A stretch of 64,000 nucleotides of DNA from a virus. The position numbers and the translations under genes were made by a program. The stretch spans positions 1 through 64,000 of IMG/VR virus record IMGVR_UViG_3300010430_000013. One strand, given 5' to 3'. Under the pieces are notes generated by a model. The model did not search any database and was not told the DNA's origin. It was given only the letters and a program-made list of their open reading frames with translations. The number at the start of each line of letters is the position of its first letter. Within the stretch, counting starts at the first letter, position 1. Positions 49,342 through 59,162 of this stretch are shown here, one piece after another.

Positions 49342-50790
49342 TTGCAAAAAGATTTATCGGCAGAAAATGCCATCATTTCCTCTGTATTTAAGGGCGGCGA
49401 AGAAATATTTTGGGACCTACAACCAATCATTGTAGAACCTAGAACTTTTACAAACAATAACAATGGCGTCTTATGGGACATCTATGAGAAGGCTTTCGTA
49501 ACCCATAAGCAAAAAACGATAGATTTACCTAGTATCTTCAGCATTGCAAAAGAACGGGGTCTCGATTCTTGGGTGGGTCGAGACTCTTTTCAAAAGCATC
49601 TTGATGACATTGTCGGTTTGCCTTGTGATCCAGCCAACGCCTTACCTAAGGCTAAAAAAATCAGACGGCTTTATGTCTGTAGAATGGCGCAAGAATGCGT
49701 GGCAAACATCGGTAACGACTTGGAAATCGTAACCGGCGACGAACCAATTAGTCAAATATTCTCAATTCTAGAGAAGCCGATTTTCGACTTAGCTGGAAAG
49801 ATTAATTCGGTTGAGCAAGAACCCGTAATGATGGGTAACGCCGTTGACGAGTATCTAAAAGCTAGAACTGAAAATTCCGGCGAAGACATTGGCGTATCAA
49901 CTATGTTGCCAATTTATGATTGGGCGCTAGGTGGTGGCTTACGTCCAGGCGCACTAGACATCATCGCAGCCAGAGCTAAACAGAATAAGTCCTCTTTGGC
50001 GATGAACCAAGCAATCCACTTTGCCAAGATGGGCCTTAAGGTTCTCTATGTAGATACAGAGCTTTCCTTGGATGACCAAATGTCTCGCGTTTTGTCGAGT
50101 CAAACCGGCGTAAAGATGCGCAACATTGAGAATGGAGCGTATGCCTCAAGCGAGAACGATGCTCGGCTGATTGACAGCGAAGCAGAAGTCCTTAAAGAAA
50201 TACCTATTTACCATTTAGATGTCAGTCAGGTTCCGTCATTCGAGGAACAAATCTCAATTATGAATAGGTGGGTTAGAAAAGTCCCAGGAGTAAACTTTGA
50301 CAATTCTTCTAATCCTTGTGTTGTAATTTATGACTATATCAAACTGCTCAATAAAGACCAGCTCAGTAGGAATGTGGCAGAGTATCAACAGATTGGTTAT
50401 ATGGTGAGTCAATTAAAAAACTTTGCGCAAAAATATTCCTTGCCGATTCTGGCGTTGGCTCAACTAAATAGAAGCGGAGTTTCAGATCAAACCTCAACAT
50501 CTCTCAGTCAATCTGATAGAATTCTATGGTTCGCATCTAGTGTATCCATCCTAGCTAAGAAAACGCCAGAAGAAATCGAATCAGACGGCGCAGAGAACGG
50601 AACACACAAACTTTACGTGTCAGATGCCCGACACGGCCCAGGAACTCCGTTCGGTTCTCATATTAATCTGGAAATACAACAAGACTCATTCAAGATGAAA
50701 GAAGTCGGTATGAACGTTGCAGAAGAAGATGAAGACGACGGAAAATCCAAAAAGAAAAAGAAAGAAAAAGTAACTGAAATTGATTTCTAA
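49342..50790 (+). CDS. dnaB: Replicative DnaB-like helicase
   Basis: SAENAII, GGGLRPG.L.IIAARAKQNKS, YVDTEL, YDYIKL, LAQLNRSG, ARHGP. Confidence 0.9.
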   Translation: MQKDLSAENAIISSVFKGGEEIFWDLQPIIVEPRTFTNNNNGVLWDIYEKAFVTHKQKTIDLPSIFSIAKERGLDSWVGRDSFQKHLDDIVGLPCDPANALPKAKKIRRLYVCRMAQECVANIGNDLEIVTGDEPISQIFSILEKPIFDLAGKINSVEQEPVMMGNAVDEYLKARTENSGEDIGVSTMLPIYDWALGGGLRPGALDIIAARAKQNKSSLAMNQAIHFAKMGLKVLYVDTELSLDDQMSRVLSSQTGVKMRNIENGAYASSENDARLIDSEAEVLKEIPIYHLDVSQVPSFEEQISIMNRWVRKVPGVNFDNSSNPCVVIYDYIKLLNKDQLSRNVAEYQQIGYMVSQLKNFAQKYSLPILALAQLNRSGVSDQTSTSLSQSDRILWFASSVSILAKKTPEEIESDGAENGTHKLYVSDARHGPGTPFGSHINLEIQQDSFKMKEVGMNVAEEDEDDGKSKKKKKEKVTEIDF

Positions 50791-51033
50791 GGTCTTTCTC
50801 TCTGAAAATTTAGAACCAAGCACGGTTGTGATTAAATCAAGACATTGGGATACACATTTGTCTTACTCGGATGTCATCTCTATTGCCTGTTTTAAGCATG
50901 ACTGTTTGCGTAGTTACATTACGTCTCCTAAGACAGAATACGGATTTCTCTTTATCCCTATTGAGTATATAATAATTGGGAAAGAAGTAAAGCTAATAGA
51001 ATGTGCGGAACCAATTCCTCTGAAGAGATTACC

Positions 51034-51867
51034 ATGAGCGAACGCCTCAAAAAACACGGATTTGTCGACAAAGGTGATTATTGGTCTGGACCATGCCCAG
51101 TGCACCGAGGAGATAATACTACAGCTTGTACAATTTACAAAGACACAAGAATCTGGCGCTGCTGGACCAGACAGTGTCATCGTAATCAAGATGCCCTATG
51201 GGAAGCCCTAAAGATCAATAAAGGGTTAATCCACACGGACGAACAACTAGAAAAGAAAAAAGTTGATATTAATGATCTTCCTGAACTTATGTCCAAAATG
51301 GAGATCAAGAAACGTTTTTGTATTCCAAGTCCGTTCTTAATTAATCGCGGGTTTAATAGGGATGTATTAAATGAGTTTTACGTTGGGGCTTGTTTCAACG
51401 CAAGAGATTTTCTTGTAAATAGGACGGTTGTCCCAATGTTCTACAATGGTATAATAATAGGGTGGTCGGCACGCGCACATGATCCGAATGCTAAAAGCAA
51501 ATGGATTCATTCGAAAGGTCTTCCAAGGTCTCAATATTTATACAACATGGACTCAATCCAAGATACCGTTATCCTGACAGAAGGCCCGCTAGATTGTTTA
51601 AAGCTTCATGAGGCTGGATACACAAGCTGTGCCGCTATTTTGGGGTCGTCCATTAATAGCGGTCAAGTTAATCTGCTAGAAAGCAAACAAGTTAAAAAAG
51701 TCATTCTGCTGTTTGATAACGACGAAGCAGGAAAGAAAGCTACGGAAGAATCTCTTAAGAAGCTTTCAAAAGTTGAAACTGTAGTTCCTAAGATATCTGG
51801 CGCTGATCCCGGTGACATGGGCGCGCAAGAACTTAAAAAAGAGTTGGAGGGATTTCTAAATGACTAA
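51034..51867 (+). CDS. dnaG: DnaG-like primase (Zn finger plus TOPRIM)
   Basis: CPVH.GD...C...WRCW..C; NRTVVP, GWSAR, LTEGPLD, FDNDEAG, DPGD. Confidence 0.85.
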   Translation: MSERLKKHGFVDKGDYWSGPCPVHRGDNTTACTIYKDTRIWRCWTRQCHRNQDALWEALKINKGLIHTDEQLEKKKVDINDLPELMSKMEIKKRFCIPSPFLINRGFNRDVLNEFYVGACFNARDFLVNRTVVPMFYNGIIIGWSARAHDPNAKSKWIHSKGLPRSQYLYNMDSIQDTVILTEGPLDCLKLHEAGYTSCAAILGSSINSGQVNLLESKQVKKVILLFDNDEAGKKATEESLKKLSKVETVVPKISGADPGDMGAQELKKELEGFLND

Positions 51868-52624
51868 AATCATCGGTTTCTGCGGGGAGAAGACCTCCGG
51901 GAAAAACACTATCGCCAACATATTTACATTAGTGGCTCTTCAAAGATATAATCTCGGTGAAAACCTACAGATGAATGGATCTACCGGTAAGATCATCATG
52001 GACGGAGAGCCTGTTCATCCTAATAGATTAAATTCTATGATTGTAAAACAATATGCCTTGGCCGACGCCCTCAAAGAAATCTGCGTTAATGTGTTGGGTT
52101 TGGAAGAGCGATGTGTCTATGGGTCTAATGACGATAAGGCTGAGTTGACCGATTACTACTGGGAAAACATGCCTGGGGTAATCACCAACAAAAGAGCCTA
52201 TACTTCAATAGAAAAAATGTTCAAGGAAAACAACTGGAGAGAATCATCGTGGCCTTGGCTCTTCCATAAGAAAGGTCAAATGTCAAACCGAGAAGTAATG
52301 CAGTTTGTCGGAACGGACATTTTTCGAAAAATGAACAGCCAAGTTTGGGTAGACTGCACAATCAAAAGAATTGCCCGAGAAAACCCAGAGTATGCCCTAA
52401 TTACGGATGTTCGCTTTCCAAATGAAACATTGGCATTTTCCAAAATTGGAACAGTGGTCGGACTTAATAAAAAGTCTGGAGAAGTCGATACCCACGCCAG
52501 TGAACAAATTAACATGCAGAACTGTAAATATATAGTTAAAAACGAAAACGCTAAAAACGTTCAAGACTTGATTCAGTGTATTTATGAAACCTTCGGAAAG
52601 AATAAGGACTTACTAAGCATATGA
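51860..52624 (+). CDS. Deoxynucleoside monophosphate kinase
   Basis: IIGFCGEKTSGKNT, LADALKE, REVMQFVGTD.FR, ITDVRFPNE, HASE. Confidence 0.85.
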   Translation: MTKIIGFCGEKTSGKNTIANIFTLVALQRYNLGENLQMNGSTGKIIMDGEPVHPNRLNSMIVKQYALADALKEICVNVLGLEERCVYGSNDDKAELTDYYWENMPGVITNKRAYTSIEKMFKENNWRESSWPWLFHKKGQMSNREVMQFVGTDIFRKMNSQVWVDCTIKRIARENPEYALITDVRFPNETLAFSKIGTVVGLNKKSGEVDTHASEQINMQNCKYIVKNENAKNVQDLIQCIYETFGKNKDLLSI

Positions 52625-52923
52625 GAAACCTACTAATTATTTTGACTTTTTGTTTTATTCCGGCAGTAGCTGATGCTCAGATTAGGGCTCCACAGCCTGA
52701 CCGTTTGCGACAGCCTGAATGTAGAAATGTCGACCGACTGCACAGCGCAAGAGTTCGAACTTACATTTATAGATATCCTGTTCGACCAACTCGACGCCTA
52801 GATGAATACTATCCTGGTTTGCGTCAGCCGTTTCGACTTCGACGGTATGAGCCAGTTCGACCAGTCTATCCCGTTCTTCCTTTGTACGGGCCAGGACCAT
52901 TTTATTATCGATATTGGTATTAA
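52621..52923 (+). CDS. Secreted Arg/Tyr/Pro-rich small protein
   Basis: Signal peptide ending ADA; low-complexity mature part. Confidence 0.55.
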   Translation: MRNLLIILTFCFIPAVADAQIRAPQPDRLRQPECRNVDRLHSARVRTYIYRYPVRPTRRLDEYYPGLRQPFRLRRYEPVRPVYPVLPLYGPGPFYYRYWY

Positions 52924-52932
52924 GGAATAATT

Positions 52933-53424
52933 ATGTGTAGCTCTCGCGTTAAAGTTGAACTTACGGACGACGAAGTTAATCGTGTAAGGGAGATAGCTAG
53001 CATTAGAGACAGCAATAAAAAAGGCTTTTCCTCAACGCGACACTGGACAGGGAAAGAGAGCACGCATTTTGTAGGGCTGCTAGGCGAAATGGCATTCGCT
53101 AAATACACAGGGCTCGACTTAGACGATACTAATTATCGTTATAAGGGGGATGGAGGCATAGACTTCGCAAAAGATGTAACCTGCCAAGTCAAGACCACCA
53201 ATTATAAAAATCCATCTATTTTGTGTTTTTACGACCATCTGAATGATTTCACGGCGGATTATGCCGTACTTACATACAGGGAATCAAACAACGTTATCTG
53301 GCTTTGCGGTTGGATTTCGAGACATGATTTTGAAATGGCGGCACACATTAGAAATTTCGGCTATGGGGATAGACTCGTAATGCGTGATCATGACCTCGAA
53401 CCAATGTGGGAAAAAGATGCATAG
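52933..53424 (+). CDS. Putative PD-(D/E)XK nuclease-fold protein
   Basis: GLLGEMAF, GDGGIDF, QVKTT, D.AVL, LCGWI. Confidence 0.6.
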   Translation: MCSSRVKVELTDDEVNRVREIASIRDSNKKGFSSTRHWTGKESTHFVGLLGEMAFAKYTGLDLDDTNYRYKGDGGIDFAKDVTCQVKTTNYKNPSILCFYDHLNDFTADYAVLTYRESNNVIWLCGWISRHDFEMAAHIRNFGYGDRLVMRDHDLEPMWEKDA

Positions 53425-54427
53425 AGACAGAATTTCGGCTTCAGAAATAGCAAAATTCACAGGATGCGAAATGGATTGGTTCTTGAGTTATGTGCTCAAG
53501 TTTTACATGCCTGCGGGAATTGCGGCGACCAGAGGATCAATTTGTCACTCTTTCTTGGAGACCTGCGCAATCAGCAAGATGCACAGGCAACAAGGTGGAG
53601 AATTGCTGGACGACCCAATTTTGGGACCTAAGTCGGTCGGCTCAGATTACGAGCCAGACAAATGGTTTGATGCTGTGCTTGAGTATTACAAAGTGGAGGA
53701 TTCACATGTCGATATTACAAACAGCGACATAAAAAAATGCTGGAAGGGCATCGAAAAGGTCCTTGAGCATGAAATGAGTCCTTACAATCTTTATGAGGTT
53801 GTAGCTCCAGAATTATTGATCCACCAAGAAATTGATCAAGACTGGGCTCTCTTTGAGAAAGACGGTGAGCAGAAACGACTTATGATCAAAGGCTTCGTCG
53901 ATGCCGTGTTCCGAGACGAAGAAGGAAATTTAAATTTTATTGACTACAAGAGTTCATCTAGACTAGAATGTTTTTCGACGGGCAAAACTAAAACCGTGTT
54001 AAACATGCACGAGGACCCGCAGTTAGTTTTTTACTGGTGGGCCGCTAACAGGATGTTTCCAGAAGATCATGTGATTGGACATATTTGGTTTTTCAATCTG
54101 GATACCTTCTGGAGCCTCGGCATAGATGAAAACGACGCTCAAGCTTGCTTTGACAAGGTTGGCGAGAGAATTCAAAAAATGAGAGAGTTGAAAGTACCTA
54201 AGTGCCGATACGAACTCGATAAGAAGCAATCATGGAAATGTAAACGATTTTGTCCGTTCAGCAAAATGGTTCATCCGACGATACAGGTAGACTACAACCC
54301 AATGAGACACAGGTTCGACCCAATCGACGGAAAAGCATGTATCTGCGATACTATTAAGCAGGCTTGTGAACAAAGAGACATTCTGACAGTTGTAGAAAAT
54401 TGCCAGAATAAAGATTCAAAACGATAA
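53417..54427 (+). CDS. Cas4/RecB-like PD-(D/E)XK exonuclease
   Basis: SAS.I..F..C, RGSICH..LE, GFVDAV, IDYKS, PQL.FY, CKRFCPF. Confidence 0.8.
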   Translation: MHRDRISASEIAKFTGCEMDWFLSYVLKFYMPAGIAATRGSICHSFLETCAISKMHRQQGGELLDDPILGPKSVGSDYEPDKWFDAVLEYYKVEDSHVDITNSDIKKCWKGIEKVLEHEMSPYNLYEVVAPELLIHQEIDQDWALFEKDGEQKRLMIKGFVDAVFRDEEGNLNFIDYKSSSRLECFSTGKTKTVLNMHEDPQLVFYWWAANRMFPEDHVIGHIWFFNLDTFWSLGIDENDAQACFDKVGERIQKMRELKVPKCRYELDKKQSWKCKRFCPFSKMVHPTIQVDYNPMRHRFDPIDGKACICDTIKQACEQRDILTVVENCQNKDSKR

Positions 54428-54451
54428 CCACTTTTTTCTCAGGAGGCCACA

Positions 54452-54832
54452 ATGGCTAACTCTTACAATCACTCGGTTCTGGTCGGCAACGTTGTTCGTG
54501 ATACGGAAATTCGCGATGCCGGAAAGTCTAAGGTAGCAGACAATGCTATCGCCATTACGGAGACTTTCGGGGAAAAGGAAGTAACAACATTTGTTGACAT
54601 TACTCTTTGGGGACGAAATGCTGAAACGTTTCAGAAGTTCTGCCCTAAAGGTCGCACGGTCTTGATTGAAGGCTCTCTTCGTCAAGACAAGTGGACAGAC
54701 AACGACGGCAACAAACGTTCTAAAATGTTTGTTAATGTCGACCGATTTGTTCTTTTAGGCTCAAAGCCTGGCGGTGGTCAGCAGCAGGAAACTGTTGCGG
54801 CAGGAGCAGGCTCGGATGATCTCCCCTTCTAA
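54452..54832 (+). CDS. ssb: Single-stranded DNA-binding protein
   Basis: LVGNVVRD.E, FVDITLWG..AE, IEGSLRQDKW...DG.KRSK, C-terminal DDLPF. Confidence 0.95.
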   Translation: MANSYNHSVLVGNVVRDTEIRDAGKSKVADNAIAITETFGEKEVTTFVDITLWGRNAETFQKFCPKGRTVLIEGSLRQDKWTDNDGNKRSKMFVNVDRFVLLGSKPGGGQQQETVAAGAGSDDLPF

Positions 54833-54863
54833 GCCTCCCTCTCGCTTAGAAGGCACTTCGATG

Positions 54864-54896
54864 CGCCTGCGTGCTCGTAGCACGCAGGCGTTTTTT
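54864..54896 (+). terminator. Intrinsic terminator
   Basis: Perfect 12-bp stem CGCCTGCGTGCT/AGCACGCAGGCG followed by T6. Confidence 0.85.
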
Positions 54897-54914
54897 ATTC
54901 TTTTGGAGTTGTTT

Positions 54915-56420
54915 ATGTATCACCCCGGCGTAATGACTCACGGCTCTGTTTTGCAAAGTGCAGTACACCCGGAGCATATTCAGGATTTTATCAATAATTC
55001 TGACTACTCCATGCTGCCAATCCTTGACTGGAATCTTAGTCAGGCTTACCCGTATATAGACTCGACCGAACAACCTGTAATCGGTCTATTGAAAAACTTT
55101 ACACAAGATAATGTTGAGATAACCTGCGCCCTCTATGCCCTCAATCGAAAGGGGTTTGGCGAGCTGCTCAGAATATCCAACGGGCTCCCAATTGCGGATA
55201 ATTGCAAGAATATTGCAGCACTCTCGCCGGAAGCTTTAAATATCCCGGATCTTGAAGATATTGACCTGCATATCAAGACATTCAATCCTATAGCCCCAGC
55301 GCTCGTTCTAAGGGACTCTCAGCTTGATCACCATAAGGTACTCATTAACAAAGCAAAAGGCGAATACGACGCGCCTGTGCCCCTAGAAAACGATGTTACC
55401 GATTGGTCTTGTTTAGCGCCGCTTTATGAGGCCGTAGAGAAATACAGTTTGGACAACAATCCTAGGCTTCCTCACTTTCCAACGGGAGACAAAACTGAAG
55501 ACGAATTTCTCCGCGAACTCTGCGTTAAATCCTTAAAAGATAAAAATTTAGAGAGTGAAATATACCTTAGCCGTTTAAATTATGAGCTACAGACGTTCGA
55601 AAACGCCGGAATGAGTGGTTATTTCCTAATTATGTGGGATATTTGCCGCTTTATTCAGGAGAGTGGCTCTATGTTGGGGGCTGGTCGTGGGTCTGCTGCG
55701 GGTTGTTTAGCGAGTTATCTGCTGGGCGTTACTAAAGTTGACCCGATTAAGTACGACCTAATCTTCGAAAGATTCTATAATCCTGACCGAAAGGGCGTAC
55801 CCGATATCGATTGCGACATTGTGCCGGAATTTAGACCTAAAGTTATTGATTATTTAAGAGACAAGTATGGTTCCGAGAAAGTTGCACAGCTTTGCACTTA
55901 CACTACTTTTAAAGGTCGAGGAGCCCTCAAAGAAACCCTAAAGCAACACGGAATGTCGCACGCAGAGGCAAATAAGGTAACTGAATGCCTTCATGAAGAA
56001 TCTAAAATTGATCCACAGCTCAAAGACCAGTATAATTCATTAGGGACTAAAAGTGTGCTTCTGTACACTTTAATGCATAGTCGAAGACTCGATTTCTGGT
56101 GTAAATTTAATAGGAAGACAAGTAAATACACTGGTAAGTGGGCGGATGCCTTCAAACTGGCAGTTGAGATGGACAGAACTAATATTGCAATTGGCAAACA
56201 CGCTTCGGCTTTTATTCTGTCAGATAGAAATTTGCTAGATCAGTGTCCTGTTATACCAGATCCGGCCAACGGGCCTCACCCAGTTTGTGGCTGGGAAATG
56301 AATGCGGCAGAAAGATCAGGTTTGGTTAAGTTGGATTTGTTGGGACTGGACTGCTTGTCTAAATACCAAAGAAGCAGAGAAGTCATATCTAGTAAATCAA
56401 TCTACTTGGAGGCCATATAA
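54915..56420 (+). CDS. dnaE: DNA polymerase III alpha, N-terminal half (reduced PHP plus palm)
   Basis: RLNYEL, GYFLIMWD, GAGRGSAAG, FERFYNPDR...PDIDCD, GKHASA, GLVKLDLLGL; GGAG SD. Confidence 0.9.
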   Translation: MYHPGVMTHGSVLQSAVHPEHIQDFINNSDYSMLPILDWNLSQAYPYIDSTEQPVIGLLKNFTQDNVEITCALYALNRKGFGELLRISNGLPIADNCKNIAALSPEALNIPDLEDIDLHIKTFNPIAPALVLRDSQLDHHKVLINKAKGEYDAPVPLENDVTDWSCLAPLYEAVEKYSLDNNPRLPHFPTGDKTEDEFLRELCVKSLKDKNLESEIYLSRLNYELQTFENAGMSGYFLIMWDICRFIQESGSMLGAGRGSAAGCLASYLLGVTKVDPIKYDLIFERFYNPDRKGVPDIDCDIVPEFRPKVIDYLRDKYGSEKVAQLCTYTTFKGRGALKETLKQHGMSHAEANKVTECLHEESKIDPQLKDQYNSLGTKSVLLYTLMHSRRLDFWCKFNRKTSKYTGKWADAFKLAVEMDRTNIAIGKHASAFILSDRNLLDQCPVIPDPANGPHPVCGWEMNAAERSGLVKLDLLGLDCLSKYQRSREVISSKSIYLEAI

Positions 56421-56632
56421 TGGCAGATTCTATTACATATGGTCAGTTGACGGTTGGCCAGAAATATACTCTCGTTAATGGAGAGGACACAGATACAATT
56501 TGGCTTAAAATCAAAACTCAAACAAAAGGCTGCTGCCGTAATCGAAAGGTTGTGGCGAATGCTCGTAATTCTGTGGATGCTACTAAAACAGCAATCCATA
56601 AACCAAGCGATAAGGTCGTGGTTGTCGGTTAA
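56420..56632 (+). CDS. Hypothetical protein
   Basis: TAATG coupling with GGAGG SD. Confidence 0.55.
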   Translation: MADSITYGQLTVGQKYTLVNGEDTDTIWLKIKTQTKGCCRNRKVVANARNSVDATKTAIHKPSDKVVVVG

Positions 56633-56661
56633 TCAATAAAAGATAAATTGATTCTTTTTTG

Positions 56662-56701
56662 AACCCGCTGACTGACCTATAGGCTTTTGGCGGGTTTTTT
56701 T
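56662..56701 (+). terminator. Probable terminator
   Basis: AACCCGC/GCGGGTT stem followed by a T tract. Confidence 0.55.
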
Positions 56702-56723
56702 ACTTCTTAAATAAGGATTTATT

Positions 56724-56927
56724 ATGGCTAGATTTGACTGGGTTCCTTTTGGTGAGCAATTCCGATTTGAGGGGGATATGTTCAAAAAGATAGATTTCGA
56801 TACCGCTGAGAATATGTTCACAGGCGACTTTCAGCGTTTTGACTCGATGCAGCAAGTAGAGTACGAAGACTACGAAGAAGAAGCGATGGACGTATTCGCG
56901 CTTGATGACGATAACTTGGACTGGTAA
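56724..56927 (+). CDS. Small acidic hypothetical protein
   Basis: AAGGA SD; D/E-rich C-terminus. Confidence 0.55.
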   Translation: MARFDWVPFGEQFRFEGDMFKKIDFDTAENMFTGDFQRFDSMQQVEYEDYEEEAMDVFALDDDNLDW

Positions 56928-56931
56928 TCTT

Positions 56932-57723
56932 ATGAAGAAAGTATGCGGCAAGTGCAAGACAGAGAAGCTCACGGAGGAGTTTTACAAAAATAAGTCAACG
57001 AAAGACGGCTATGCTGGTTGTTGCAAGTCTTGCCACACGTCATACTTAGACGCATACAAACAAAGAAATATAAAGATACCAGAAGAAAAAACTTGTTATA
57101 AATGTAAAAAGACAAAATCCAAAGACTGCTTTAGTAAAATGAAGCAAGCTAAGGACGGCTTACAGCAATCATGCAAAGAGTGTTGTAAAAAATACAAAGA
57201 GTCTCTAAAGAATAGAGAAGATAAAGCTGAATCAAAAGCATGCCCAAGTTGTAAGGTTCTTTTAAGTTCTTCCGAATTTAATTCTTTTTGTTATAGCGCT
57301 GACGGACTTTCTGTCTATTGTAAAGAGTGTACAAAAAAGAAAAAAACAGAATATCTTCCAGTAAGACGAAAAAGGAAAAAATTTAGATATGATAATGACG
57401 TTCAATACAAAATAAAAGACTCCTTAAGAAAAAGAATTCGCGTTGCCCTTAAAGGTAAAGCAAAATCAAAAGCCACAATAGCTCTTTTGGGGTGCTCCGT
57501 AGATTTTTTAAAAACATATCTAGAAAATAAATTTGAATCTGGAATGACGTGGGAGAATTACGGAATTGATGGTTGGCACATAGATCATATAATTCCTTGT
57601 TCTGCATTCGACTTAACTGATCCAGAGCAACAAGGGCTTTGTTTTCATTACACGAACCTTCAGCCTTTATGGGCTGAGGACAACATTAAAAAAAGCAACT
57701 CACTGAATTGGAGAAAAAGATGA
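56932..57723 (+). CDS. HNH-type endonuclease with N-terminal Zn-finger repeats
   Basis: Three K.C..CK..K....F......DG....CK.C repeats; GMTWENYG, WHIDHIIP, CFHYTNLQPLW..DN..KSN. Confidence 0.8.
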   Translation: MKKVCGKCKTEKLTEEFYKNKSTKDGYAGCCKSCHTSYLDAYKQRNIKIPEEKTCYKCKKTKSKDCFSKMKQAKDGLQQSCKECCKKYKESLKNREDKAESKACPSCKVLLSSSEFNSFCYSADGLSVYCKECTKKKKTEYLPVRRKRKKFRYDNDVQYKIKDSLRKRIRVALKGKAKSKATIALLGCSVDFLKTYLENKFESGMTWENYGIDGWHIDHIIPCSAFDLTDPEQQGLCFHYTNLQPLWAEDNIKKSNSLNWRKR

Positions 57724-58421
57724 TTTTAGTTACGGATTTGGAGACAATAGACTTAAATAAAAATAAGGTTTCTCATGAGACTGCAATTCCCGTACAACTT
57801 GCGGCCATCCCTCTGGATGAGAATTCTCTGGAGATTATCGACGACCCTCTGTGTATGTGGATTAATCCTGGCGAAGAAATACTTAATTCACCGTCCTTTT
57901 ATCAAGATTACTCAAATGTTTTGGCCTTTCATGAAAAAGCACAAGGTAAACCAAAAGAGGAACTTGTCGAACTCTGGCGCTCAGGATTGGCCACGAGAGA
58001 CGCGATGAAAGAATTTAAGGATTACGTTAAGTCTTATACCAAGGGCTCAAAAAAAGCATATTTTGGAGGTATGAACGTCAGAAATTTCGACATACCTATT
58101 CTAGAGCGTTTAATCGACAAAGGCTGGCCCTTTGCTAAAGTTAAGACTTGGGATATTAGAGACGTTGCCCAAATGTGGTTCGAATATTCTCGCAACCCAC
58201 CTAAGTTGAACGGTAGAGTCAGCTATAGCTTCGACTCTTTGCGTCAATACTTTGATATGAGCACAGAGAATGCTCACGACGCCCTTGTTGACGTTAGGCA
58301 AGAAGCAGACCTGCTCAGAAGATTTTTACGACTTCAGAAGAACCTAATGACTTACGGTTATCAACACAGAGACCAAAAGGCATTTGCTTGGGCTAAAGTT
58401 CTTCATGGAGTTAAGTCTTGA
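57720..58421 (+). CDS. DnaQ/DEDDh 3'-5' exonuclease
   Basis: TDLET, N.RNFDIPIL, WDIRD, AHDALVDV. Confidence 0.85.
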   Translation: MILVTDLETIDLNKNKVSHETAIPVQLAAIPLDENSLEIIDDPLCMWINPGEEILNSPSFYQDYSNVLAFHEKAQGKPKEELVELWRSGLATRDAMKEFKDYVKSYTKGSKKAYFGGMNVRNFDIPILERLIDKGWPFAKVKTWDIRDVAQMWFEYSRNPPKLNGRVSYSFDSLRQYFDMSTENAHDALVDVRQEADLLRRFLRLQKNLMTYGYQHRDQKAFAWAKVLHGVKS

Positions 58422-59014
58422 GCTTAGGCGATAAGATTAAAGCGCTAAGAAATAAAGGATATTCTTACAACGAAATAGCAAAAGAGCTTGGTTGCTCTAA
58501 AGGCACTGTTTCGTATCATTGTGGAGAGGGTCAAAAGGATAAGGCAGAAGCCAGAAGAAAAAAACGAAGGAAAGAAAAGCCTGTCGACAGAAAGGTTGAA
58601 AATTTTCATGCTGAGAGAACATCATCCTTTGAACAATCTATTGTTAGAAATAATAACGAAAGAATTTCAGGGAAGATAGCGCTTTTTCATAGTTGTGGGA
58701 GTAGAATGAAAACTAAATATACACCAAGAACCTTCAGCGTGAGCGAAGCAAAAGAACTACTAGAAGAACGAGGAGTTTGTTATTTGACTGGAGATCCAAT
58801 CGACCCAGAAGACAGTCAATCTTATCATTTTGATCACATTAAGCCAAGGTCCGCAGGGGGAGAAAATACAATCGATAATTTAGGAATTTCTTCACCAGAG
58901 GCTAATTATGCCAAGGGAAGCATGGAATTTGAGGACTTCATAAAAATGTGTCATAAAATAGTGAAGAGATATCCTGATCCAGAAGACCCAAGACCAAAAC
59001 ACGAAAGGGGCTGA
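58418..59014 (+). CDS. HTH plus HNH endonuclease
   Basis: GYSYNEIAKELGCSKGTVSYH; CYLTG, FDHIKPRSAGG.N..DNL......N.AKG. Confidence 0.8.
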   Translation: MSLGDKIKALRNKGYSYNEIAKELGCSKGTVSYHCGEGQKDKAEARRKKRRKEKPVDRKVENFHAERTSSFEQSIVRNNNERISGKIALFHSCGSRMKTKYTPRTFSVSEAKELLEERGVCYLTGDPIDPEDSQSYHFDHIKPRSAGGENTIDNLGISSPEANYAKGSMEFEDFIKMCHKIVKRYPDPEDPRPKHERG

Positions 59015-59142
59015 AATAGTTTCGATTCGAAGTCAAGTGATGCGTCTGCCGTGGGAGGCAAAAAGGTCTAACTGCACTAGCAAAAAAGCCTTGGCGTTAT
59101 CAGCAGCTTTTGAAGACCTCGGGGCAGGACCGAGCAGCTCCA
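59007..59142 (+). ncRNA. ssrA: Minimal tmRNA-like RNA (136 nt)
   Basis: Acceptor stem GGGGCTG/CAGCTCC with G3-U70 and discriminator A; 5' GGGGCTGA..TTCGA; T-arm CTCGG-GGCAGGA-CCGAG preceded by GAC; helix 2 TTCGAA..TGATGCGTC / GGCGTTATCA..TTTGAA; CCA not encoded. Confidence 0.75.
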
Positions 59143-59162
59143 CTTTTTTCAAAGGAGAAGCA

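Noticed and set aside
53417-54427. Cas4 as part of a CRISPR system
   Set aside because: Stand-alone nuclease within the replication module, which is common in phages; no array or other cas genes
54774-54914. N-terminal extension of dnaE, and likewise 10973-11104 of rIIA
   Set aside because: They overlap upstream genes or a terminator; better starts exist at 54915 and 11105
59037-59162. N-terminal extension of ORF 59037-59366
   Set aside because: Overlaps the tmRNA-like RNA; the SD supports ATG 59163
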